DNA from: Kiritimatiellia bacterium
GTDB taxonomy: Bacteria; Verrucomicrobiota; Kiritimatiellia; RFP12; UBA1067
Direction of reading: 5' to 3'
Assembly: GCA_017514235.1 (NCBI GenBank)
Contig: JAFWKK010000003.1
Location: forward strand, 119,905 to 183,904
DNA length: 64,000 nucleotides
In this document: positions 1 to 8,575 of the stretch, piece after piece
How positions within the stretch are numbered: position 1 is the stretch's first letter
Layout: the number at the start of each line of letters is the position of its first letter
The notes under the pieces: model-generated
What the model saw: the letters and a program-made list of their open reading frames with translations, nothing else
Database searches by the model: none
Told to the model about the DNA's origin: nothing
Program-made: the position numbers and the translations under genes

Positions 1-396
1 CCTCGTTTCATGCCGGGTGTGACTCTCGTTTATATCGGCGACACGGGCGACAAGTGGGGGTTCTTCGACAAGGAACTCGCTGCGCAGCTTGGCCTAAACG
101 TTGAGGAACATGGCAAGATGCCTGATGTCGTGCTCTGGTACGAAGCTAAAAACTGGCTTGTGCTTGTCGAGTCCGTCACGTCCCATGGTCCCGTTGATTC
201 CAAGCGTCACATCGAGTTGAAGGCATTGTTTGCTTCGGCATCCGCCGACATAGTTTACATATCGGCATTCCCGGACAAGCGGACATTTGCACGCTTTGCG
301 TCCGATGTCGCATGGGAGACCGAGGTCTGGGTGGCCGACAACCCGACCCACATGGTTCATTTCAACGGCAGCCGATTCCTTGGACCATACGCGTAA
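1..396 (+). CDS. Type II restriction endonuclease, BsuBI/PstI family, C-terminal part (gene runs off the left edge)
   Basis: Frame 1 is open from base 1. The C-terminal sequence (GKMPDVVLWY, LVESVTSHGPV, WETEVWVADNPTHMVHFNGSRFLGPY) matches my recollection of the BsuBI/PstI endonuclease C-terminal domain. Confidence 0.7.
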   Translation, partial: PRFMPGVTLVYIGDTGDKWGFFDKELAAQLGLNVEEHGKMPDVVLWYEAKNWLVLVESVTSHGPVDSKRHIELKALFASASADIVYISAFPDKRTFARFASDVAWETEVWVADNPTHMVHFNGSRFLGPYA

Positions 397-476
397 CGGC
401 AGCGCCGGCCATCGCCGCGCTGGAGTTCGTGCGTGGTCACGGGATGAATTTGCCAGTTGTCATCCAACCATAGTTG

Positions 477-485
477 TGATAGAAT
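477..485 (+). promoter_or_regulatory. Candidate extended -10 promoter element (TGATAGAAT) for the 525 gene
   Basis: TGnTAGAAT lies in an AT-rich intergenic stretch about 40 nt upstream of the first ATG. Confidence 0.35.
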
Positions 486-524
486 ATCTGTAATAAGGCC
501 AAAATTGGAAACTGTTGCTGAACT

Positions 525-3500
525 ATGGTGAACATTATGACTAAAAAGTCCGTCTTTTCGTTTGTCGCCGCGCTGACAACGGCGATTCTCACGACATCGT
601 CCGCCTTTGCGGACGATGTTTTCGCCGTCAAGAGCTTCACGAAGTACGATCGCGAAGCCTCGTCGTACACGGTTCCTGCGACGGTCAACCTAGTCATCCT
701 CAAGAAAGCATCTTCGGACATCGTTATCTGGACCCGCGACGAACTCACCGGCGCCCAGCTCACGGTTATCGAGAGCTATGCGCGTGCGCATGACCACAGC
801 CTCAAGGACCGGAACGCCATTTTCATCTCCGGCACGGGCGACCACTACATTGACAGCATGTACGGCACGGCGACCTTCGCCTACGGCGATCTGGGCCTCA
901 CCGTCACCATGCCGCGCAAGTGGTCGCACCTCGACTACGGCCACTACACGGACACGACACCCGAGCCGGATCCCGAACCTGACCCCAAACCCGGCAAGAT
1001 CACGATCACCAAGACGGTCAATGGCGGTTTGTGGCGCGTCGGCTGCGACTACATGGATGTCAACGGGCAGGGCACCTGCGACGTACTCCACATAAACAGC
1101 ACTTTGTGGAAGCGGGACTGGATCACGAACCCGAAGGGAGTCACAAGCGACGAAGGCCACCGCAAGAACAAGTGCGGCGATGACGAGCACTGGGTGATCT
1201 GGGTGGGGACCAATGGCGTGCCCTACCGCATGGACGAAATCAAGTCCGGCGCGACCGGCGGCACGCTGCCAACGGTCGTCTATCGCACGAAGGAGACCAT
1301 GACGGACGAGGAAATCGCCAACATCGGCAATCCCGACCGCCCGGAATGCCTGGCAAAGTACAAGCAGAACTTCCAGGAGCCGATGTCCTACGCGGACATC
1401 CGCGTTGGCGAGCGCATCTACTGGATCACCTTCAACAACGGGCGGATCTGGTATCATACGGGCGTCCCCTACGAGACCCAGCCGTCTTTTGTCATTTCCG
1501 TCGATGGCGTTCCCTATACCCTGACGGGCGGGCAAACCGTGGAAATCGCCGACCTTGAGCCGGGGCTTCATGAAATCACCGAATCCGAAAATCCCCTCTA
1601 TACGCTGGGACCGGTTGTGTCTTCGGAGCCCGGAAGAACGGTTCAGCGTGAGAACGGCTGGACGGTGCAGATTCTCGTCAACGCGGGCGACGACATCGTC
1701 CTGACATGGCCCAACATCCAGCCGCCGCCGACACCGCCGCCGACACCGCCGACACCGCCGGACGTTCCGCCGCCCGCCATCACCAACGTCCTCACCCTCT
1801 GCGAACTCATGGACTTCGGCAAGCGCTTCAACGCCGTTGTCTTCGGCGACCTCACCGTTTCCGGCGGCGACAGCGAAGGCGCCCTACTCGTATGGGGCAA
1901 CGCCACCCTTCCTGCCGGCTATACGGTCGGGCTCAACTCCGGCGCAGGCGAGCCGACCCCCGATGCGGGCGAACGCGACGACGGACTCATCGTCGGCGGC
2001 AACCTCGTCATCGGCCCCCAGCCCGTCAACGGCAATATCGTCTACGGCGGCACCTTCCAGGGACCGGAGCGCTGGTGGAACTATGCGTTCCGCCATGTCG
2101 CGCCCGTGACAATCGACAGCCATGGCAACGTCCCCGCCGACGGATCGGGCCGCACGGCGGCCGACCTGCTCGCGGCCGTTTGCGAACTTTCGCAGCGCGT
2201 GGCGGAGATGGAGGCCGATGGCGTCGTCACCAACACGGCGGACGGCTGTCTTGTCCTGACCGGTGCCGACACACGCCGCAACGTCTTCGAGGTCACGGCC
2301 GCTCAGTGGAGCGGTTCGCTGCGCGACTGGATCTTCGACGTCCCGTCCGGCAGCAAGATCATCGTCAATGTCGTCGGCGACTTCGTCGACATGGCCAACG
2401 GCCGCATGGTTCTCCCCGAAGGCGTTTCCAACGTGGACGTCCTCGTGAACTACGTTGACGCGACGGGCATCTCCCTTGCCTACATCGCCCACAGCGGCTC
2501 CGTTCTCGCCCCCTACGCCTCCGGCTCCTTCACCGGCGGCGCGATCGAGGGCATCGCAATTCTCGGTGGCTCGGTCGTGAGCAAAGGCGGCTTCGAGTTC
2601 CACAACTTCGGCCTCGACGTCTTCTTCTGCCCGACGGTTCCCGAAGTGGTTCTGACCACCACGGCCGGCTTTGCCCCAGACGGCGCGATTCTCGGTGCCG
2701 CGGCAGGCGCGACGGTCGTCATCACAAACTACGTCTCCAACCCCAGCGAATACTGGCTCCGCTCCGTCACCCTCGTCGGCTCGGACGGCACGACAGTTTC
2801 GCTTGGCGACCTCGCCCCCGGTGCCAGCGCCTTTGCGACGACGACCATCACGAGCGATGCCGTCGGCCGCTACACCTACTCCGCGACCGTCACGGCCGCG
2901 GCGTTCGACGCCGGCAACGTCGCCGCCATTGCGTCGCGTCCAAGCGTCACGGCATCCGACGTGGCCGTCGTCGAGTTCAGCGACGGCTCCTGTGCGGCAA
3001 CCGTCATCGACGGCGTCGTCTCGAACGAGACGGCCGCCAACTCGGCTCCGCCCGCGCCGGCGGCGAAGGCCGACTACGGCGTCACGGAAATGTGGTTCTC
3101 CTGCGTGCCGACCTTCGCCGGCGAGACCTTCACGGCCAACGTCCGTGTTGCGAACACCGGCGACGCTGACGGCGAGGGCGCCATCCTCGGCCTCTACCTC
3201 GTGAATACCAACCACGACGTCACGATTCCCGCGACCGAAAAGAACACGGCGGTGCGCACCGTCGAGCTGGGGCGGATTCCCGCCGGCCAGTCCCGCGTCT
3301 ACTCCTTCGGCGGCCTTACGGCCCCCGACGTGAGCGGCGTCTGCCGCGTGATCGCCTACGCCGACATCGAAGAGATCGAGACCGAATACAGCAAGGGCGA
3401 CAACCAGAACAACCTCACCTACGAACTCAGCCAGATCAATCTCCATATCTCCATCTCCGCCAAAGGCGTGACACTGAGATGGAGCAACGGCTGGGGGCAG

Positions 3501-3659
3501 AAGTACTCGATTCTCGGCAGCAACGACCTCGAGAACTGGGAGGCCGTTGTCACGGACATTCCCTCCGCGCGTGACGAGTTCGGCCTTATCGAGAACACCT
3601 ATACGGTGAGCTTCGATACGGGCTACAACTTCTTCAAGCTCCGCGTCAACCAGCGCTAG
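525..3659 (+). CDS. Large secreted surface protein: signal peptide, choice-of-anchor-A-like domain, Pro/Thr linker, CARDB-like C-terminal modules
   Basis: The 1044-aa ORF has an N-terminal signal peptide (MTKKSVFSFVAALTTAILTTSSAFA; the second ATG at 537 may be the true start). It has a PPPTPPPTPPTPPDVPPP linker. FNAVVFGDLTVSGGDSEGALLVWGNATL resembles the choice-of-anchor A signature, and NVRVANTGDADGEG resembles a CARDB module. Long Arg/Ala-rich ORFs on other frames are shadows. Confidence 0.8.
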   Translation: MVNIMTKKSVFSFVAALTTAILTTSSAFADDVFAVKSFTKYDREASSYTVPATVNLVILKKASSDIVIWTRDELTGAQLTVIESYARAHDHSLKDRNAIFISGTGDHYIDSMYGTATFAYGDLGLTVTMPRKWSHLDYGHYTDTTPEPDPEPDPKPGKITITKTVNGGLWRVGCDYMDVNGQGTCDVLHINSTLWKRDWITNPKGVTSDEGHRKNKCGDDEHWVIWVGTNGVPYRMDEIKSGATGGTLPTVVYRTKETMTDEEIANIGNPDRPECLAKYKQNFQEPMSYADIRVGERIYWITFNNGRIWYHTGVPYETQPSFVISVDGVPYTLTGGQTVEIADLEPGLHEITESENPLYTLGPVVSSEPGRTVQRENGWTVQILVNAGDDIVLTWPNIQPPPTPPPTPPTPPDVPPPAITNVLTLCELMDFGKRFNAVVFGDLTVSGGDSEGALLVWGNATLPAGYTVGLNSGAGEPTPDAGERDDGLIVGGNLVIGPQPVNGNIVYGGTFQGPERWWNYAFRHVAPVTIDSHGNVPADGSGRTAADLLAAVCELSQRVAEMEADGVVTNTADGCLVLTGADTRRNVFEVTAAQWSGSLRDWIFDVPSGSKIIVNVVGDFVDMANGRMVLPEGVSNVDVLVNYVDATGISLAYIAHSGSVLAPYASGSFTGGAIEGIAILGGSVVSKGGFEFHNFGLDVFFCPTVPEVVLTTTAGFAPDGAILGAAAGATVVITNYVSNPSEYWLRSVTLVGSDGTTVSLGDLAPGASAFATTTITSDAVGRYTYSATVTAAAFDAGNVAAIASRPSVTASDVAVVEFSDGSCAATVIDGVVSNETAANSAPPAPAAKADYGVTEMWFSCVPTFAGETFTANVRVANTGDADGEGAILGLYLVNTNHDVTIPATEKNTAVRTVELGRIPAGQSRVYSFGGLTAPDVSGVCRVIAYADIEEIETEYSKGDNQNNLTYELSQINLHISISAKGVTLRWSNGWGQKYSILGSNDLENWEAVVTDIPSARDEFGLIENTYTVSFDTGYNFFKLRVNQR

Positions 3660-4026
3660 CCACAAGGGTTAGTCCTCGGTTGACGTGCGTGTAGAGCGTT
3701 CCACCTTGTGCTCCGCGTGATCCAACCGAAGTTTCGCAGGCAATCATGACGAGCCTGAAACTGGGGGCGCGGCCCCCAGACCCCAAAAAACAACGCCGTG
3801 TCGGCAGACTGTCGGCTGGAGGGCGCGAAGCCGAGGCGAAACGGTAGTGTAGCCTACTGCTTTTTCAGCCGTCGGAGTTCCTTTATGAGGCACGGGCGGC
3901 TCAAATGGTTCGGCAGGCATTTCAAGAGGTGGGGATATTCCAGAGTGCGCGCAATTATTGCGCGAGGGGCGGGAGAAATGGTACACTATCCGCCGAGCAT
4001 TCATCAGACCCTACAAAAAGGACGCT

Positions 4027-7000
4027 ATGAAACTCCATATTACCTACGCAACCGTTGCCGCGATGATCGCCATCGCCAGCTTGACTGTTTGTCCACCCAG
4101 CTACGCCGACGACTGGGATGATCCGGGCGAAGATCCGGGCGAAGATCCAGGAGGGGGGCCGCAACCCGGCGATCCCGCGTATTGCGATACGTATGGCCAC
4201 TGGTGGGTGTTCCAGGATACGCTTGAACCGACTTGCGAGTATGAAGGCTGCGACCATTACACATGCGTAAATTGCGGTGATTGGGATGAACGAAACATCA
4301 CCCCCCCTCGGCCACAACTACGTGAACGGCGTCTGCACGCGCTGTGACGCGGGAGCGGTCACCTATACCTTCGTCCCCGCCGTCGACCCAACGTGCACGA
4401 CACCGGGGAATGTCGCCTATCTACTTGGTTCCGACAACAAGTGGTATGATCCGACAACGACGAATCAATTGTATTGGATTGCGCTCAACGCCATCGGCCA
4501 CAGCTATGGCGCATGGACCACGAACACGCCGCCCACGTGCACGACGGCGGGCGAAGAGACGCGCGCCTGCATCCGTGGCGATGTCTCGGAGACGCGCCCG
4601 CTCGCCGCCCTCGGCCACGACTGGACCGCGTGGACGGTCGTCGCGCCTGCCACCTACGCGGCGTCCGGCGAGGAGGCGCGCGACTGCACCCGTTGCGACG
4701 CCCACGAGACGCACGTGCTTCCCATGCTCCAGCGTTCTTCCACGTTCAGCATAAGCAACTCCGGGCGCACGTTCACCGTCACGCGCTCAAGCGGTACGGC
4801 CACCGAGACCGTCCACTACCGCACCGTCGGCCTCAGCGCCTACGGCGGACAACACTTCACCGGCACGAGCGGCAGTCTCACGTTCGACCCCGGCGTAACC
4901 AACCTGTCCGTAACCGTCACGGAGCAGACGCCATCCCAAGCCGCCTACAAGTTCCAGACCGGCAACTCGCGCTACTACCGCTTCGAGATCACCGACGCGG
5001 GCGGCTTCCTGGTCACCAACGCGACGCGCACCCTCACCACCGGCACGAGCGTGCCTTCGAGCGGCGCCTTCGGCGTAAAGAACCTCACGATCCAATCCGC
5101 CGAATACACAGCCGACGACAGAGGCTACGACAACAACGGCTACAAGTCCGTCTCCAGCAACGGCTACTTCGCCGCCGCCGCGCCGCGACCGTATTTCCAG
5201 CTTGTCGACGCCCAGCTGCACATGACGCTCAGCATGAGCGCCAAGGAGAACGACGACGCCTACGAGTACCTCCAGCTCCTCTTCAACAACACATCCGCCT
5301 GCGACAACCGCTCCGGCTGCAACAACGGCAACCCCGGCAACATCAGCCTCTCTGCCTACATGGCGGGCTTCGAGATGGATACCGGCAGCAAGGACAGCAC
5401 GTACAGGAACTATACCTTCCCCGTAACGAACGTCGGCAACAACGCAGGCGCCGCCAATCCCTGGGGACATGGCACCAAATACCCCCTCTCGATGCAGAAG
5501 TTCAACACCGCCACCGGCAGCCGCGCCTCCGACGGCCGCATCGTCGTGCCTCTGGACTTCAGCTCCATCGTCCTCCGCCTCAACGCCTCCGGCAGCAGCG
5601 GCAGCGACGAGTGGGCCGCCAAGAGCGTCGTCGCCCACGTCCAGGCCGTCGATACCGCCGCGCCCGCCAGGCTCGCCACCGCCGTCGCCCCGGGCATCCG
5701 CGCAAGGGGCAACGAATTCTACGTCTCCGTGGCGTTCAGCGAGCCCGTCACCTGCTCCTCCGCGACGCTCACCAACTCCTGGGGCTCGCTCACCTACAAC
5801 TCCGGCAGCGGCTCGAACGTCCTCACCTTCAAGGGCACGATCCCCGCCGACGCCACCGGCGCCCTCAACATCACCGGCTGGAGCGGCAACATCAAGGACC
5901 TCGCCGGCAACCCGCTTGGCGCCACCGCCCTCACCCAGAAGAACCTCGCCACCATAGACGCCTCCCACGCCTACGCCATCGCCTACGACCTCGCGGGCGG
6001 CGCGCTCCCCGAAGGCGCGTCCAACCACGACACCTACACCTACGAAACGCCGTCCTTCACCCTCGCGAACCCCCTCCGCCCCGGCTACGCCTTCGCGGGC
6101 TGGACGGAAGGCAACGGCTCGACGCCCAATCCTTCCGTCGCCATCTACCGTTCCCACGGCGACCGCGCCTACACCGCCAACTGGACGCCCGTCACGTACT
6201 TTGTCCACTTCGACCCCGGCACCGCGGACGCCACCGGCTCGATGCCCGACCAGTCCTTCACCTACGACACGCCGCAGGCGATAGCGTCCAACGCCTTCAC
6301 GCGCGCGGGCTACACCTTCACCGGCTGGCGCGGCGCGGACGGCGCCATCTACCCAGACCGCGCGACCGTCCTGAACCTCACCAACGCCCAGGACGCCGTC
6401 GTGTCGCTCACCGCCACTTGGCGGCCCAACATCCCGTACATCGACGAAGACGGCACCGAGCGGCTCTGCACCAACTACACCGTCCTCACGGACGCCACGA
6501 GCGGTGTCACATACGGCGAATTTGGTGCGACGGCCTGGTACGTCGTCACCAACGCCGTCACCATCAGCGGACAGCTCGGCTTCCGCGGAACCTCCCACCT
6601 GATCCTCTGCGGCGGCGCATCCCTCGCCGTCACGAACGAGGACGACATCGCCATCGACGCCAACGACCTCACCATCTACGGCCAGACGAACGGCTCGGGC
6701 GCCGTCACCGCCACAGGCACAAACGGCGGCGGCATCTACGCAGGCTCCGTCACGATCAACGGCGGCAATGTCACCGCCGAGGGCGGCAACGGCATCTGCG
6801 CCGTCTACGGCTCCGTCACGATCAACGGCGGCACCGTCACCGCCGAGAGCGGCCCTGGCGGGGGCGGCTGGGGCATCTACGCCAACAACGGCTCCATCAT
6901 CCTCGGCTGGACGAACCCCACCGACAGCATCACCGCCAGCAGCTACTATACCGGCGGCTCCGTCGTCCGCGTCAAGGACGGCCAGGTGCTCACCGACGGC

Positions 7001-7699
7001 AGCGCCATCTACATGGACGACCTCACCCACTCCGCCATCGCGGGCGTGACGCTGCGGCCATACATCGACACGCCGACGTATCCGGCGTATCTGGGCCTGC
7101 CTGCAGACTCGGATGACGACACGGATGAAGACTTCGATATCCGGGCGAACTACGACGCCTGGGCGCAACGGTACGGCTACGACGCGCTTGGCGCGAACGA
7201 GACGGCCTACCTCCTCGACGTCGCGCCGTGGGCGGTCACGAACGGCGTGACGCCGCTGAAGGTCGCCGAGATGGGCGTCACGAACATCCTCGTCAGAGAA
7301 GCCGGCGACTTCGGGTGGGTCGCCCAGAGGATGGGCTACACCGGCGACACGCTGCCGATCTGGCGTCTCGTGCTGGCGAGCGACGTGGCGCCGCTCAAGG
7401 ACGGCTTCTACGACAGCCTTATGGTCTGCAACGGCTATCTCGTGCTGCGAATCGGCACGGATCTCTCCGTGCCGAAGAGCGAATGGCTGGAGACGGGCTG
7501 GTTCGCCAGGGTCGAGGACGGCCGTGCGGAGCTCTTGTGCCCGGAGTTCATACTTGAGAAGTACCGCGAGCGCGTCGCGAGGGAGACCGGCAAGCCCTGC
7601 CCCGGGCTTTTCCTCTCGGTGACCCTCTCGCCCCGTCAGTCGAGCTCGACCGCGTTCGCCGAAATCCTGGAAGAAGAGCTCGGGGACAAGCTGCAGTGA
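4027..7699 (+). pseudogene. Giant secreted Listeria-Bacteroides-repeat (InlB B-repeat / Flg_new) surface protein, split by a frameshift at a C7 tract
   Basis: The signal peptide MKLHITYATVAAMIAIASLTVCPPSYA starts at 4027 in frame 1, and this frame stops at 4347. Frame 2 (ORF 4277-7699) continues the same Cys motif. Across the C7 run (4301-4307) the text reads TCVNCGDWDERNITP/PLGHNYVNGVCTRC, a single CxxCG...LGHxY repeat unit. Downstream are Flg_new-like repeats (YAIAYDLAGG...GYAFAGW; YFVHFDPG...GYTFTGW). Confidence 0.75.
4301..4307 (+). repeat. Homopolymeric C7 tract at the frameshift site
   Basis: The sequence reads atca-ccccccc-tcg. Losing one C (or gaining two) fuses frame 1 to frame 2. 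Confidence 0.9.
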
Positions 7700-7781
7700 G
7701 GGGGACTATGGGGACGATGGGGACAATGGGGACTGTGGGGACGGCGGGTCGCCACAGTCGCCAATGTCCCCATAGTCCCCC
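7700..7781 (+). repeat. 82-nt palindromic array of nine 9-nt units (GGGGACNNT switching to GTC[C/G]CCNNN), copy L
   Basis: It starts directly after the TGA at 7697-7699 and ends 4 nt before the AAGGAGG Shine-Dalgarno of the next gene. It has perfect 16-nt terminal inverted repeats at 7700-7715 and 7766-7781. Confidence 0.9.
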
Positions 7782-7799
7782 AAAAGGAGGCACCAGCCA

Positions 7800-8477
7800 A
7801 TGGCCACGAAGATCATTTTGCCGCATGGCGGTTACCGAAATCTGCTCACCTACAAGAAGAGCGACGTCATCTACCAGGGCACGGCAGTCTTCGTGAAGCG
7901 TTTTCTTCAGCGCGGCGACCGCACCATCGACCAGATGGTGCAGGCCGCGCGCAGCGGCAAGCAGAACATCGTCGAAGGCAGCGAGGCGTCTGCGACGAGC
8001 AAGGAGACCGAGCTCAAGCTCACCAACGTCGCCAAGGCGAGCCTTGAGGAGCTTCTCGAAGACTACCTCGACTATCTCAAGGTCCACGGCCTGCCCGAAT
8101 GGCCGAAAGATTCCGAAAAGGGTCTCGCGGCGCGCCGGCTCGGGCGCGAGGGCGGCTGGGAGGCCTTCGCGCCGCACATCGAGAAGAAGAGCGACGAGGT
8201 GGCGGCGAACCTGATGGTCTCGCTCATCCGGCAATGCACGTATCTGCTGGCGAAGCAGATCGCGCAGCTCGAAGAAGACTTCAAGAAGCATGGCGGCATC
8301 AAGGAGCGCATGTACGCCGCCCGCAGCGAGGCGCGCGCCGAAGACTGGGGCAAGGCCGCCTACTCGCGCCTCGCCGCCGCGCAGTCGCTCGACGAACTGA
8401 CCGCGCGCTGCCGCGAGATGTCGGCCGAGCTCCGCCGGATGGCCGACGGCATCAAACAGAGAAAGGGCTGGTCATGA
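7800..8477 (+). CDS. Four-helix-bundle protein with suffix domain (23S rRNA intervening-sequence protein / Avd-like family)
   Basis: The 225-aa ORF has an AAGGAGG Shine-Dalgarno 9 nt upstream. The motifs GGYRNLLTYKKSDVIY, DRTIDQMVQAARSGKQNIVEGSEASATSKETELKLTNVAKASLEELLEDY match my recollection of the four-helix-bundle suffix-domain family. Confidence 0.8.
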   Translation: MATKIILPHGGYRNLLTYKKSDVIYQGTAVFVKRFLQRGDRTIDQMVQAARSGKQNIVEGSEASATSKETELKLTNVAKASLEELLEDYLDYLKVHGLPEWPKDSEKGLAARRLGREGGWEAFAPHIEKKSDEVAANLMVSLIRQCTYLLAKQIAQLEEDFKKHGGIKERMYAARSEARAEDWGKAAYSRLAAAQSLDELTARCREMSAELRRMADGIKQRKGWS

Positions 8478-8559
8478 GGGGGAGAATGGGGACTGTGGGG
8501 ACAATGGGGACGGCTGGTCGCCAAAGTCGCCACCGTCCCCATTGTCCCCACCGTCCCCC
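8478..8559 (+). repeat. 82-nt palindromic array of nine 9-nt units, copy R (direct repeat of 7700-7781)
   Basis: It starts directly after the TGA at 8475-8477. It has a perfect 17-bp stem at 8497-8513 and 8533-8549. It has the same length and the same unit vocabulary as copy L. Confidence 0.9.
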
Positions 8560-8575
8560 AGAAAGGCTCAATTCT

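Noticed and set aside
1884-3665. 593-aa minus-strand ORF, plus several 70-290-aa ORFs, overlapping the 525-3659 gene
   Set aside because: Its Arg/Ala/Gly-rich, low-complexity composition is typical of shadow frames in high-GC DNA. It has no signal or start context, and the plus-strand frame carries recognisable domains.
3761-3779. GC hairpin CTGGGGG-CGCGG-CCCCCAG downstream of the first giant gene, considered as an intrinsic terminator
   Set aside because: It is followed by an A-rich rather than T-rich tract on the plus strand, and only by TTTC on the minus strand. The evidence is too weak to annotate, although it may still be a structural RNA element.
4474-7168. 880-aa plus-strand (frame 1) and 793-aa minus-strand ORFs inside the Listeria-Bacteroides-repeat protein gene
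   Set aside because: Both are extremely Arg/His/Pro- or Gly/Val/Ala-rich nonsense-like sequence. Frame 2 carries the repeat domains, so these are GC-driven open shadow frames.
7696-7896. ORFs translating the 9-mer arrays into MGTMGTMGT-type peptides (7696-7896, 8360-8551, 8452-8802, and the 5' part of 8099-10786), and MRDMRG-type ORFs (20481-20681, 20562-20906)
   Set aside because: They are by-products of the periodic ATG-containing repeat units. They run through hairpins and into neighbouring genes out of frame, or upstream of a clear signal-peptide start.
7700-8559. Integron gene cassette with attC-like imperfect palindromes after each ORF
   Set aside because: There is no integrase (intI) or attI, and no RYYYAAC/GTTRRRY core sites at the ends of the palindromes. 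The resemblance is only architectural, so I kept it as an analogy inside the main finding.
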